The notes beneath the pieces were generated by a model. The model did no database searches, had not been told where the DNA came from, and saw nothing but the letters and a program-made list of their open reading frames with translations. From Trichoplax adhaerens (Eukaryota > Animalia > Placozoa), in contig NW_002060947.1 of assembly GCF_000150275.1 (NCBI RefSeq), positions 4,020,335-4,084,334 on the forward strand: 64,000 bases of DNA, read 5' to 3'. Within the stretch, counting starts at the first letter, position 1, and every line of letters begins with the position of its first letter. Position numbers and translations under genes: made by a program. Below are positions 23,264-37,200 of this stretch, piece by piece.

Positions 23264-24847
23264 ATGTCCCTTTCTCTGCCAAGTAAGTACGCATATCATA
23301 GAATCTACACGCCATATCGATCGCTGTCATCACTGCTGTTCTATCAAGGTGCTAGGAACGTGATGATAAAATTGCGCCATTCTTGCCTCTATTCTACCAC
23401 GACGTGGCTAAAGCATGACCACCTTGGCCCAAGAATATCCAAAGCAATTATCCAACGTATATTTAGCGGACGTTTATATAGTCGCAAGACTGCAAGCGCA
23501 TCATACGAAAATGATGATGATGATCTGGATTATATACCACTTGGTAATCAACCTCTGACCGATCGAGAGAAGACATTACTTAAGCGAAAAATTATCGATC
23601 AAGATGCTGAACGACTAGCAAATACATCATTTCATCATCTTGGTATATTGAATGGTGTTTCAAATCAATTGAAAAAGATACAACTAATAAAACCAACTCC
23701 AATTCAATGTCTAGCAATACCACCGATATTAAATAGATATGATGCCATCATTGAATCACATAGCGGAACTGGCAAAACATTTGCTTTTCTATTACCATCT
23801 ATACAAGATTCTAAACAACCTTTCTCAACAGTTATTATCGTACCAACACGTGAGCTCGCCATGCAAATTGTCTATAACGCTAATCGTATTGAAACTTTAT
23901 GTAATATAAATGAAAAATATCATACTCGTGCAATTGTTTCTAGCTCAAACGATAATAAATTAAATCGTAATACGTTAAGATCGATGAAATCGCGTATTAT
24001 TGTCGGTACTGGTAAAAAATTAAAAGAAATTATAGAAGATCCAGATAATGAATCACTTTTTCGCAATGTACACAGAGTGATTATTGATGAAGTCGATCGC
24101 GTTCTACTACCCTTGAAAAAACATGGTCATCATAAGAAAAGAATGATGCGATTTAGACACCGAAAAGCTGCTGACATAGCTTGTGAATTACTACAAATAA
24201 AAAGTTCTAGTCCAAGGAAATTTCAGTTAATTTGCGCGTCGGCAACTGTTGTACCTGAATTAATTGATGATTTACAAAGATTAGGATGGGATGAAAATAC
24301 TAAATATTTAAGCTATGGTTTAGCTTCTACTGATAGTACAACAGTTAAGCATCAATTTTTAGAATTTGAATGCAACGACGATAATCTCGAACATAGTAAA
24401 TTAATGACTGTCGTTCGCCTTTTAAACCAGAAAAAGAGTCCTAAACCTGCTCTTCTTATTGTTCATCGTAGTAATTCCGTGATAGCTTGTGTACAACAGC
24501 TCATAGAATATAATATTAATGCTGTTGCATTATATGAGAAAACAATGGATAATAACCAAGCGGATTATGGCCAATTGGTAGATGATTTAAATCGTGGCAA
24601 GATTGATATCTTGGTTACTAATGAAGAAAGTGTTCGCGGACTCGATTTTATGTGTTTAAAAAATGTTATCTTGCTTGATGTTTCCAAAACTACGAATGAA
24701 TATTTACACATTGCAGGCAGAGTTGGCCGTATGGGTACTTACGGAACAGCTATTACCTTAGTCAATAAACGATTTTCTAACGATCATAAAAGATTATTAC
24801 TGCATTATAGTCGTCTTGCTGTTGCTTATTCGAAGATCAATTTATGA
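23264..24847 (+). CDS. Intronless DEAD-box (DEVD) RNA helicase with probable mitochondrial presequence
   Basis: A single ORF with first ATG at 23264 (the ORF track starts at an upstream TTG). It has Q motif PTPIQ, motif I SGTGKT, Ia PTRELA, II DEVD, III SAT, V VRGLDF and VI HIAGRVGR. The N-terminus is R/S/L-rich and nearly free of acidic residues. Confidence 0.9.
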   Translation: MSLSLPSKYAYHRIYTPYRSLSSLLFYQGARNVMIKLRHSCLYSTTTWLKHDHLGPRISKAIIQRIFSGRLYSRKTASASYENDDDDLDYIPLGNQPLTDREKTLLKRKIIDQDAERLANTSFHHLGILNGVSNQLKKIQLIKPTPIQCLAIPPILNRYDAIIESHSGTGKTFAFLLPSIQDSKQPFSTVIIVPTRELAMQIVYNANRIETLCNINEKYHTRAIVSSSNDNKLNRNTLRSMKSRIIVGTGKKLKEIIEDPDNESLFRNVHRVIIDEVDRVLLPLKKHGHHKKRMMRFRHRKAADIACELLQIKSSSPRKFQLICASATVVPELIDDLQRLGWDENTKYLSYGLASTDSTTVKHQFLEFECNDDNLEHSKLMTVVRLLNQKKSPKPALLIVHRSNSVIACVQQLIEYNINAVALYEKTMDNNQADYGQLVDDLNRGKIDILVTNEESVRGLDFMCLKNVILLDVSKTTNEYLHIAGRVGRMGTYGTAITLVNKRFSNDHKRLLLHYSRLAVAYSKINL

Positions 24848-26285
24848 AATTCCTACATTTCAATATAACATGAGCTAATGATGTTTTTATTAAGCCAATC
24901 ATTGCAAAGTTAAGTAAGCTTATAGGAGAATGGAATACTGAAATAGGCACAACACAACTGTTTATTATCGCTGAAAGTGTTAATAATTAATTAATACATC
25001 AGGCTATTCTTCGGCCTCAATTTTTCGATATGCAATCACTTGTAACCTCATTGCCAATTCTTTCTAATCGATGACTAACTAATTTCATTGCTATACTATG
25101 TACGATATGGTCGACATACATTATTCAAATATAATCGGAATAAAATAATATCCACATCTATTAACTTTCCTGTAAGTTACGTATGAATTTTGAAACAGTG
25201 CATGCAAGCTTTTTTTTTACTTACGAATTTGAAATTTTCTACTTGCATAGAGATAGTTTGCGGCGTACATTCACCATGCAACATATAACCACCTGATAAA
25301 AACGTATTCTATATTAATTAATTGATATTACTGTAATTTTAAAATACGGTTGAAATCTCGAATTAATTAATTATTAATGCTACTATGCTGTTGCTAATGT
25401 TCTGAATGTGTGCAGCCATTAAATGGTATAGCGTACATGCACAATTTAGTACCTAAAATTCATCATAACGTTAAAATTTTTGTAATTATTGCATGGTGCT
25501 ACAGCCTACAGGTAAAATGAAATTGAAAATCATAATACCCACAATTACAAGCAATTTTATTGCTTTACATTAGCACGAAAGTACTGTACAAATAATTCAT
25601 GCTTCATGTTGAATATACTAATGTAAAAAGTAAAGCACTTAAATATAAAACAATTTTGCATCATCCAGTTAACTGTATACGCCATTTACATAGCAAAGAT
25701 ATGTATGAATACTAGTGTAATAACTTTTTATTTAAATGACCTATTTGATTTTTATGGACTTCTAAGAGATGAGATCTTAGGAGAAGCCGTAAGATAATTG
25801 AAGAGTGCAACAAATTACAGTAATTATCAATGAGCGTAGCAAAATTCATGGTAGACTTTGCAACACATCTTAGTATAAGCTAAAATAGTCATCTAACTAG
25901 TCAATTCCAAAAATATATCGATACATAAACTCTAGTACAATTCACTGGTACAATATTACTCTGTATAATATCATTCACACTATAATTTTTTTTCTTACAT
26001 TTCTATAGCAGGATTAGTTCAATGATTCAAAGCTTATAAATATATACTGTAATTAATGTTTTAAATTATTATTTTTAACGTACTATTATAAGAACCAACA
26101 ATAACGTTCTCTTCAATGTATCTCTTGTAAAAATATGATATCAATTTTATCAAATAGAAAATAGGGGTATTTATATATTAACAAAAGTTTAGAGTAAGCA
26201 GTCACGGATTTGAGAACAATTTGCTAAAATTAATCTTAATATCAATAGGACTGGCTTACTACGTAGAAAGAAAAATTAATTAACT

Positions 26286-29200
26286 TTAAAAGTTCTCCTT
26301 ATTGTAAAAGAAGCGAGTATTCGCACTTGTGTTCTTATTACATTCTTTGTGCAGAACTGACGATAACGCTTTTGGCCCACAAAAAAATACTCCAAGATCG
26401 GATCTGTAATAAAAATGGAGGGGAGCAATTATAGTTATTCCAATTTCATCAGTTGCTATTGTCATAGAATTCAGATATATGCATTCAGTTACCCCGAGTG
26501 CGTAGAAGCTAAATCGCTAAATATTTGATCCCAACGAGGGCGACCATAATGCGTTTTTTGCTGAAGACCAGTAATAGCATCAACAGCTTCACTGTCAGTT
26601 TCGCGTAGCATTATATGCTTTGTCTTTTTAATGTTAAAAATGTTGGGTTATAAGAGAGGATATAACTAGTATAAAATCAGATTAAGTTTTATAGCTAAGA
26701 CCTGTTTATCGCTTAAGCCACGGGTAAGATAGATGTTATATTCTAGGAAATCACCCAAGTCATGACTCAGCATCTGCAGGTTTATTCAAAGTTGCATAAA
26801 AGGTCATCATTAGTATTATAAAGTCAGAAATTTTTAGCACATTTTCTTTCACCAGAACTGATCATTTATTGTTGGACATTTTTATTCGATATATTCCGTA
26901 ACGTTGTACGCGCGAATATCCTCAGATGTTTTATAGGGTTATGCTATAGATCTAACATTCCCATAATAACTTACTTCACGTTCTAACGATTTCAATAGTT
27001 CCGCAAACCACTCGAAGGCATTAGAATCAGGACATATCCAAAAGAAATAAACTTTCTTGGTCTTTGAGGGACCTGCGTCGGATTGTCGCTGTTTGTACCT
27101 GTGTCCCAAATTTTCTAAGCTCAGCCAAGATTATAGTATATTTTAGCAAGACTATAGATATTAATAAAATAAATACCAAAGCGATTTTAGGATAGAAGCA
27201 AAAGGTGTTACTCCAATCCCAGCTCCAATACAGATCGCAACTTCATATAGGAATACATCCTACATATTGTCCAAATTATGGATATGTTATCTAAGTCGTT
27301 TCAAGGGTAAAGTATACTATATGGCCTTAAGCACAAGCTTAAGGGTTAATCGATTAAGATTGATTGTAACAATTTCATATTATCCAACCAATACCTCACT
27401 GCAGGTTCCAAATGGTCCATCGATGTAGACGCTATTATTAATTAACAATCATTCCTAGTCAATAAATTTCGGTTTGATAATCCAAAAATAATACAATTGA
27501 GCACAACTTCTACATGCATACTCAGGCATCTTCCAAGCTTCTTGAACCTTATTTTCATTTGCTTTACAAGCTTCAAATAAAGCACCTATGTAGACATTAC
27601 ACGAGATTAATATCAAATAATTCATTTACTGTATTCTTATTTTTAACCAAATACTTAAACTATGATGTAAGATAGTTGAGACATATAAACGTATTCGCAT
27701 TTAAAGTTCATACCTGTCCAATCTCCTACAATACGCACATGAACGCTAAAATAATCATCTCCTGGAGCCTAAAATATAAATCGTAATTATTGGTAATTCA
27801 ATTAGTAAATATGATTAAATCGCACACCATTTTTAAAAAATTTTTATAACATACTGATGTTAAAGTAAATGGATGCCATTCGAATCTTGCAATGCTCGGA
27901 CAATTTATGAAAACATACTAAAATATTAAAGAATCGTAAAAGTTAAGTTGCGATCAGATAGTACACTGGATTATATAATGCTAGCGTAATGTCGTATTGA
28001 GATATATTACCTGTCCGGCTACGGACTGAAAACCTCGTTTCTGCATTTGAATTTCCAGTACTTTCGATGGATGGTTGATCACCTTTACAAGCAATGATCT
28101 GTTAGTGCATCTTATATTTTAAAGTCAGATGTTGTCTTTATAAGTGATGAATTATTTAAATTATTAAACCTTAGAAATAACCACTTTTTGTTTACTTCTC
28201 ACAAATCTAACGATCCTTTCAAAAATGTAAAGAACTATTGGACCAATGACCCATTTCCAAACCTAGATAATGTCATAACAAAATATTTTATAGAAATTGC
28301 AGATCAGATAGATGCTGGTGCTTATGAAAGTTTATACCTGTGGTGTACTCGTTCTTTTAAAAATAGGGATAGAGCAATTTAAGTTGTTCGGCGGCCCCCA
28401 AGGACGTTTATTATAGCAGTAATCGGGATCATGAGTATCCAAATTGACTTGCACTTTAATTACCCCACTAAGTGTTAAAACGATATGGTATAGCTTAAGT
28501 AGCGAAGCTACATTTATTAATTTATTTATTTGATAATAGGTATCTTGAACTATTATAATATGATATTCAATATAGCTATGAAATTTATTTCAAAGTTCTT
28601 CTACGATATTCACAAATCTTATCAAACTTACATCACGGCGTGAATGCAAAGGCCTATGAAGAATATAACAAATAGGTGGTGGGCATACCAAAAGATTTCA
28701 AAATAGGATCTCCTATGTTTACAATTCATATACTTTCAATTGATTTATAATACGCATATTACATAGCGCATTACAATAGTTCTCACAATACCACTTCATA
28801 AACACATAAAAAATCATTCGTAAAAATACTAGCATGCACGGTCATTTTATGCAAATATATTCTTACCTGATAACTTCAGTGGAACTGGCATACTAGAAAA
28901 TGATGGCGAAGTAATTACGTTTGTTAGTAAGTGAATTAATAAAAAATACGAAATTCGTGAATATTCATCTGCTAAAAAATTCTTCAAAAGTTAAAAGATG
29001 CGTATGGAATGTACACTGTACTGTACAGTATCATACCATTAATATCAGGGCTAAAGTAATAATTATGCCAGTTATTCCAGGTGCTAATTCCATGAAAAAA
29101 GAATAAACAAATACCCATCATCGCATGTAAAGTTTTAATAAATACGTAACTTTGGGATGATGAATTAGTAAAATAATCAGCTAACTGAATACAGCGGCTG

Positions 29201-32200
29201 CTGAACAGTAACATCATCGTTATATTTTGATACAATTGAAAACACATGATGAAATGCAATTATTACATGACGAACAGGATTTAACTCTTGTTTCGGACTA
29301 AGGTATACTGTTGCATTATACTGTATATCGAATAAGAAGCTCATTGTAGCATTAGTAACAACAGTAAGATTTAGATTTTTTTACCTGTCTTTAAGACTTC
29401 TGTTGTTAGATCAGCCTGACGTCAAAAAGTACGCATAAATATAGAATAAATAAATTTTTTTATCAATAATCATTTCCATCTAAATATGACCTATATTTAT
29501 TATGAAATTTGCCGCTTTGGTAACTTACGTTGCTAAATCGAATTGGATTAAGGGAAGTATTAAGTTGATTCAAAGTATTTAAAAGTGGATCTCCCGCCTT
29601 GTAGCTCACAAGGAAGTACAGGAAATTAAAGCAATGAGCATATACGTGGATAGCTACAAAATAACAGTAGAGATCAACAGATGTTAATACTTTAACGGAT
29701 AAGATTCTGTATGCCATTCTAATTATTATATTTGCAAGTATCATTGCTAATAATATTAAATCAGTTACAATGCTAAATTTAAGCAAATTGTACTAAACGT
29801 TTCAATTTTCGCTTTTTAATTATAATTCAATTCATAGTTCGATAAAAAAAATACTGTAGCTAATCAGTTATAGAAATTCTAACAAGGATTTTAAGTGCTA
29901 GGTCTAGGCGTACTTTGCGCCATAAGCTTAGGACAATCAATGGGTTATAATACTGTAATTTAGAAGCATAAATTACGTTATTAATCATTTTTTGGCAACA
30001 TCAATACCGTAATTTTACATTAATCACAATAACTTAATGCTTCATTATAATACTGACATGTTATAGTGATATAAATTAAATAGCAACTTGCAGATTGCGT
30101 TGGCAATGCTATCCAGCATAAACAATATGCTTAAAACATTAAAATAATGTAAATTGAATTCAAGTAATACTTTACAATTATAGCGATTCTTTATACTTAT
30201 TCATTAATACGATAAGTTCAAAATGTATCTTTAACAGGTATACAAACAAAATTAAAGTGTATCTAAAATGAGTACCTGTTGCTAAGCAGATCATGTAGCC
30301 TATATAGCGATGAAAAGTAATGTTCTTATCCATTAGACGACGCACTCGCCGACTGCATATTGCATACTGAAAGAAGATAACAAACGCAAAAATAAATGTA
30401 CGGGTAATCTAACATATCAATGATTAAAATGGATGGTATTTATTACTGTGGCAGCTATTTAAGGCAATTGAACGGTAAAATGTCCGCAGCTGATATCAAC
30501 TATTTAACTTTTGACTTTGAACTTTTTAATATATCCATTATTATGTATGGAACAATTTTTAATCTTTACCTCACACGATCCGCGTGCATAGGATAACAAA
30601 TTACGACATACTGGTAATAGAATTAAGGCACAATTTAAGTTCAAAACAGCAGCACTTCCTCTTGCCCAGGCTACAGCCGTCTTGAGATCAGTCAAAATTC
30701 AAGTTAGTTGTTTAATGATAATTTAAAATTTAAACCTATTAATAATCTAATTGATGAAGGTACTGCACATCGTAAACCATATCCATAATTAGGTACTTGT
30801 TCACTCACTGTATCAATTTTTTCTCTATTTCTTGCACTGCTAGATAATTAATAGTATTTAACAAAACAACTGGCGCAAAGAGCACTATCTTGAATACTAA
30901 AAACTACCTTTGATATTCAACTGTGAATGTGTAAGGATAAAGAGAGTTACTTCCGTTACAATTAGCATTAACGATGTAATTACGGATTATAGACAAGATG
31001 TTGTAATATGCGCGTGCGAGGGGACTGATTATTATAGCCATTATACTACACGTATTCGATGAAAACAAAATATATTTATTCAGGCAAATAAAAAATGTTA
31101 TCCATCTAGCTTGATATGTGTGTACTTTACAAATAGAACTTACTTTTAAATACTTTCTTAAATAAAAGTACTTTTTGTCTGTATTATAGTTGACATAAGT
31201 AGTAGCAAAGAGGATAACATTGATAATCATCCAGAGCAACTAGTATTAAATAGAAAAGGAGAAAAATATGTATTAAAAGTAAGAAAAATGGTATAAATTC
31301 GCATAGCCACTGTTCCCTTATATAATATCTAATCGAATAACCTGGTCAATGCAAATAATATATATTTCGATTTTTTATATGGTGATGTTATATTAATATT
31401 TAATACGATTTAGATACTATCATGTCAGGCAGTTGCTACCTATATGATGATAGATACGTTATTGTCGATTGCTTGTAATAGAAAGATGTTTTATAAAGTA
31501 CTATCGCAGGTGCTATTAAAGTACGTATAGTCACAGTTACTTAATTTTTTGACAAAATACGATAACACACATGAGTATCATGACAATTTGAATGGGAAAT
31601 ACAAAAATAGTTAGTACTTTTACCAATAGGGATTATTAGGGGCGAATTGTAACTTTATCGCCAATTATAGCATGGCCTATCATTTACAATATATTACTGC
31701 ACTGTAGATTGCAAGAATAATCATTCCTAGAGATACGGTTCCTTTTTAGTAGACCTATTGTTAGTTATGAAATCAAGATTTATTTATAGATATTTATGTA
31801 TATTCGAATTTTATGACAAATTTAGAGATGATAGATGGCTAGAAATAAACGCATACCATATGTAAACACAAGTAATGACGTATGGTAATCCAAGTTTTAG
31901 TCATGATCATAGCCTACAGTGTATTTACATCGTACTAGAGAATGAATATTTTTGCCGTTACTTCCTTCACTTAAGCAGAAAAGTTGATGCAATTTTATAC
32001 AAAAATTAACAGTTTCTACTTCAAAAGAAAGTACTTTAAGTTTTGAAAATTGATATAAAAAATTCGAGCCTATGTAGAACATTAGATCTGATAGCACCAT
32101 CAATGTAGCCTATTGCACGGTACCTTGATGTAAGCTATTACTAAATGAACCAGATTTTAATAATCTTCATACGATTGATATGAATAAAAGTGAAGTCTAA

Positions 32201-33156
32201 TTCGAAACTTGAATTTTTCGATTTTATAAAGCCTCTTTCCATATCTACACTTATACGTCTATCGCTAGTTTGCACCAATAATTCCTGCAGTGGATCATTA
32301 TATGGTAAGATTAAAGTAAGCAAGGCGAAATCGTATCTTCTAACTACCCTATCTTACAAATTACTAGGTTCAAAGTTAATAAATTACATTGCTATCAGTA
32401 TCAGTTTGTTAATAATACCATCATTGGAGTAGTTTAAGCAGCTTATGGACAGAGAGAAATTGTAGGGTGTAACAAAAATTCTCGGAAGATGATACTTTTC
32501 TGCAAATGCAGAAAACACTATAGTTAATATCCTAGCAAATGGACTACTGAATGATTTCAAATTGATTTTCGCTCCTACTATACTGAAGTTCCAGCTACTT
32601 AACATTGATATCCCCCAAATTTCAAGTAAAATTATCCATGGTTGGTCGTTATTGATTAAAATCGCGATAGAGCACTGCACGACTTTATTCTCTACCTCAA
32701 TGGTCTATCATCGTTGCATGGTTAAAAAACGAGTTAAACAGCTACACGTATCTATAAATAAAATCATTTCGAAGCGATTGTAGATATACTATAGTATATA
32801 GATTCGCCGAATAAATAATTAAAAATACTTTCGATGCAATTATTTACACAATGTTGCAACATGCTAAGGATAAAATGTGCATGTTTTGACGACCTCTTGC
32901 TTGTATTATTTTCTTAATCATACAGTCGAATTTGACATGCCTAAGGATTTTCTCTATCTCCTATTGAATCAAGCAATCCTAGAAGAAGCTGCTGACTGAG
33001 TTCTCCAATGACTAGAATAGTTTTAATCTCTTACTTTGGATAACTACCTACTGCTAAGCTGGAGACAAATGATTCCATGCATCATTGCATGAGCAAAGCA
33101 ACAATACTTACAAATATAATATACTTAGGACCTTCATTCAGCCACCAATCGGCCAT
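26286..33156 (-). CDS. CYBB: NADPH oxidase of the NOX1-3/gp91phox type (no EF hands)
   Basis: Exon 1 is [15 protein letters not shown] (33112-33156), followed by [12 protein letters not shown]. Heme histidines occur in TFHR, IHVYAH, WYAHH and CIH. FAD motifs are HPFTLTS and VRIVGDWT; NADPH motifs are [14 protein letters not shown] and GVFFCGP. The C-terminus is NKENF-stop. The symbol is nominal because the gene is co-orthologous to NOX1/2/3. Confidence 0.93.
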
Positions 33157-34264
33157 CCTTGTTCATCCAATTGATCATACAGTAGAAACGAATGCTTGCT
33201 GTACTACTATCAGGATATATTCCTACTAGTACAGCTTAATAAACGATGTAATCAATGATTGCAAGCTGATCAATCCTTCTTGCTCCTCGCTTAAGCGAAA
33301 TTTTCTTGGCTGTGGGAGCTTGTTGACATGGAGATTGATTTACTGTTTAATGAAGTTGGCCACCAAGAATGGACTGCTGGCTACAATAGGAAATAGTATG
33401 AGTATCGGAGTAGTGACTTATACACAGAGTACACGAATTTACCTAGGAAGTATTATACGGTACCGTCGACGAGCATCAGCTGCAGCGATGACTTTGTACT
33501 GTAGGCGTTGACTGTACTGGTGACATCCATTTTGATGGTGATTGGTTCCGCTTTTGGATGATACTCTTCCATACTGCATTGAATGAGCAAGCAACTCTAT
33601 GAAATATCAATCGATATACCGTATAAATAGTATGCAGCAATAACTTGCCAAGATTATATCCATTTCTAGCTGCTCTTGTCAGCACCAATATTAGGTTATC
33701 ATATACCGCTGAACGATGTAAAACGAGCTGCTTTAAGCAAGCCTAATCTAGAGCGATCAATGGTTTGCCTAAAAAAGTGTTCGTTTGAAACCTACGTAAA
33801 AAATCGTGTCGCCAACAGGGAAGCAGATTGCTATTTTAATGGATATACATAGGACCAAGTACAGTAGTAAGAAACAAGCAGGGACTACTCAACGATTTTT
33901 AAGTAAGACAAAAACTCAATACACGTCAGAGACTAGCATCAGAAAATTCGCTAAAAGTGCGGCTTGAAATAGAAAGTCCCAGCCTTAAACTACTCTACAA
34001 TACTATACTGTACAGTATATACAGTACCTACTAATAAAGTCAAAAGTACCAGTACGCCAAATAGGGCGAGCAGGGATTGGACTATCGTAGTGTGAATAAT
34101 AGGTGACACTGTACTGTAGACGCTCACAGCACTTCATACTCTACTGGCTACGGTAGGGTACCGGTATTGCAACTAGTTCTGGACCGCCTTGTCCGGTCTG
34201 TCCATCCAACTCATAGCCATGGCAGCATTGATGAATGAGTAAATCAAAGCGAGCAAGAATCATC
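33157..34264. promoter_or_regulatory. Divergent promoter region for the NOX gene and RARS2
   Basis: It lies between divergent start codons and is locally more GC/CpG-rich, with only short GTAC tracts (about 33495-33520 and 34005-34120). Confidence 0.5.
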
Positions 34265-37200
34265 ATGACAGCCAATTTTCGCCTGTATATTGCTAATCAA
34301 GTAGGCATTGCAACTGATTCGTTCATCAATACAGATAGGACCTTTAAATTGTTATTTTACTATGGATGTAACAGAAGAGTACAGGACTACAGGTGTCCAT
34401 GTTGTCTTGATGAGGAATAGATACTTTGCTAAATCGTTCTATATACATCATTTCGTCCTAGGTAGCTCAATTATTACAACAGGAAGTCAATCTCATTAGC
34501 AATCAAATACGAGTTACAGGACGCAAGTAAGCTACAGTGCAACCTTATAGCTCTACAGTAGTCTATAGGAATGATTTTTTACAAGTGACAGTAAGTATAT
34601 GTTATGATCGAAACTTCTATGCAATGTCATGTTTCATTTTAAAATCATCCTAGTTAACTTAGCTCAACAGCAACCTAATCAATCCATTTAATCTTATTTA
34701 CTTTATCAACTCTTTAACTATATTATAGCTACAAATCGTTTGGATTTATTCTTCCCGTAAATAATGTTCTTACCAATCAATTACCCAAGGTAATCCATCT
34801 TATTGTAAATAGGTTCGGTTGTTAGCATGATATCATACAATAAAGTACGTGCAAATTGCCAAAATCATGAATAGCACGACATCAATAATTATAATAAGAA
34901 TTGCAATTGTAGTCTAGCAACCATAGATCGAATTTATCATATTTTATTATACTTATTAAAATGTATACGGTAATTAACAAACTAGGATATAAATCCATAA
35001 CAGGTTCAATGAACATTCGCTCTCATAATCTAGTAGAAAGTAAAATCTCCATCATGAAAATTCGATGCGGCTATGTAAATTACGTCAAAAATGCTATCAG
35101 ATAAAGCCATATTTTTTATTCATTTGTAACATTATTTAGGGAGCTAATACATTCCGACACAGCTGCCAAACAGCTCAAAATCTGGCTCAACAGGTTTAAT
35201 AACAACTATTATATTATACAATCACTGCAACTCTATGCTCGTCTCGTTACTAGATACTAATTAGAATTCGTAATTAATAGATGTATATTAATTATAGACA
35301 ATCTACAGTATATTAACTATGATACGAAGTAATATGAATTGAGTGAAAAATTTTGATCCTAAAGATTTTTCTACTTAAATACTGAGATAGGTACAAATTG
35401 ATAATCATTATATCCATAACGTCACCGTTGATAAAGCATCCATCATCTTTCAACCCAATCATCAAACATTGATGACGGTATGCACTAGTAGTGATCAATA
35501 TGGACTGTTATCTTGATACTAGCTCACATATCTACATATAGAAAATTAGAGGCCAACGATAAATGATTTATTGATTATGATGTATATCTACACCATATTT
35601 TGATTCTATTTTAAGTGGATAACTTGTAATTTTATATAGATTTAGCTCATATTCTAACTTATCGATCAATTTATTATTAACTACACAAGTAATAATTTTT
35701 AAATTGGATCATAATGTAAATAGGAAGTACTGAACAATGCAATGAATAACAACGCTGTGACCGACTACTCTAATGAAACTAAAAAACATATTTTAGTGGA
35801 TTACAGGTTTATCTCATCTTCCATTATAATTTTTTATTAATCACGGAAACATTGCTTTAAATAGCCTCTCACTTTAATTGATGAATTATGAGTATAAAAA
35901 GTATTTTTGCTAATAACCTTTATGAAATTCTACTTAGTTCTCCCAATATTGCTAAACCTTTCCATGTCGGTCATTTAAGATCAACCTTTATTGGTAACTT
36001 TATTGCCAATATTAACGAATACTTCGGGTAATATACTCCATATTTAATTATGCACCGAATTGCATCGCTAGTATTTTTTAGACGTGTAATTGCATTATAC
36101 TTATTTGAATATAGGAATAAAGTAACAAGAATAAATTATTTAGGAGATTGGGGTGTTCAGTTTGGTATGTTCGATGCAATGATTGTAGAATTGGTCCGTA
36201 GTGCAATAGAATAATTTATATCAAACTTTATAAACAACGTTACATCATAACATTTTCATAAATTATTGCAGGATTATTAGGTGTTGGTTTTCAAAAATTT
36301 GGTTCTACGGAATCCTTAATCAATAATGCCATCAAACATTTATTTGATGTTAGAACCTTAGATTATATTTGGGCAATTTTGATCGATTAGATTAGTCATA
36401 ATTTTATGTTGCAACACCTGGAATGCAGACATTTACTATAAATATTTTGAAAATTATTATTATAGTGCGCTTCATGTTTTCAATCCTTTAGGTTTACGTT
36501 CAGATCAACAATGAGATGGAACGAGATGCTAGCATTCAAGAACGGGCAAGATTATTTGCAAGACGTATGGAAGAAGGTATGACTAAGGTCATTAAAAGTA
36601 ATATTATTGCCTCCCATGACATTATGAAAGATAGAAAATTTTCCAATTCTAATAATTGATCGAGGTAACTATGCAGCCTACGTATTTGTAACATAAATGC
36701 CTACTTTTATAGATGACGAAGAATGCATTAATCTGTGGAAACAATTTCGTAGTTTGAGCATTAAAGAATACAAAAAGATTTACAAGGTAACGTGATAGGA
36801 ATTCTAGCATCAGATGTATGATTGCAAGTAGATAAATGATTTATTTTAGAATAGCCGTTCTAACTAGGCATATTAACACCATTACACTTCTTGTGCTTAA
36901 GCATAATAGTGCACGCAGATACCTATATTTACGCTTACTTATCGTTACAGACATTAGAATCAAAATTGAGCAACTGATAGTATTACACACACAACCCAGA
37001 AAAGAATCGTTTATGATCTAATATATTAATATATACATGGTCAACCTATTACGATATAAATATTAGCAGAGGATTATTACCGCATCATTTTATTACATGT
37101 ATATTTGTAAACGTTATATAACTTTACAGTAACCAATAATCAACAGAAGTATGCTGCTAATAATTTAATATCGTATGATAATCAAGAACAGTAGACTTTC

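Noticed and set aside
31857-31920. Alternative NOX first exon ([16 protein letters not shown])
   Set aside because: The exon at 33112-33156 matches the gp91phox N-terminus (W..NEG) much better.
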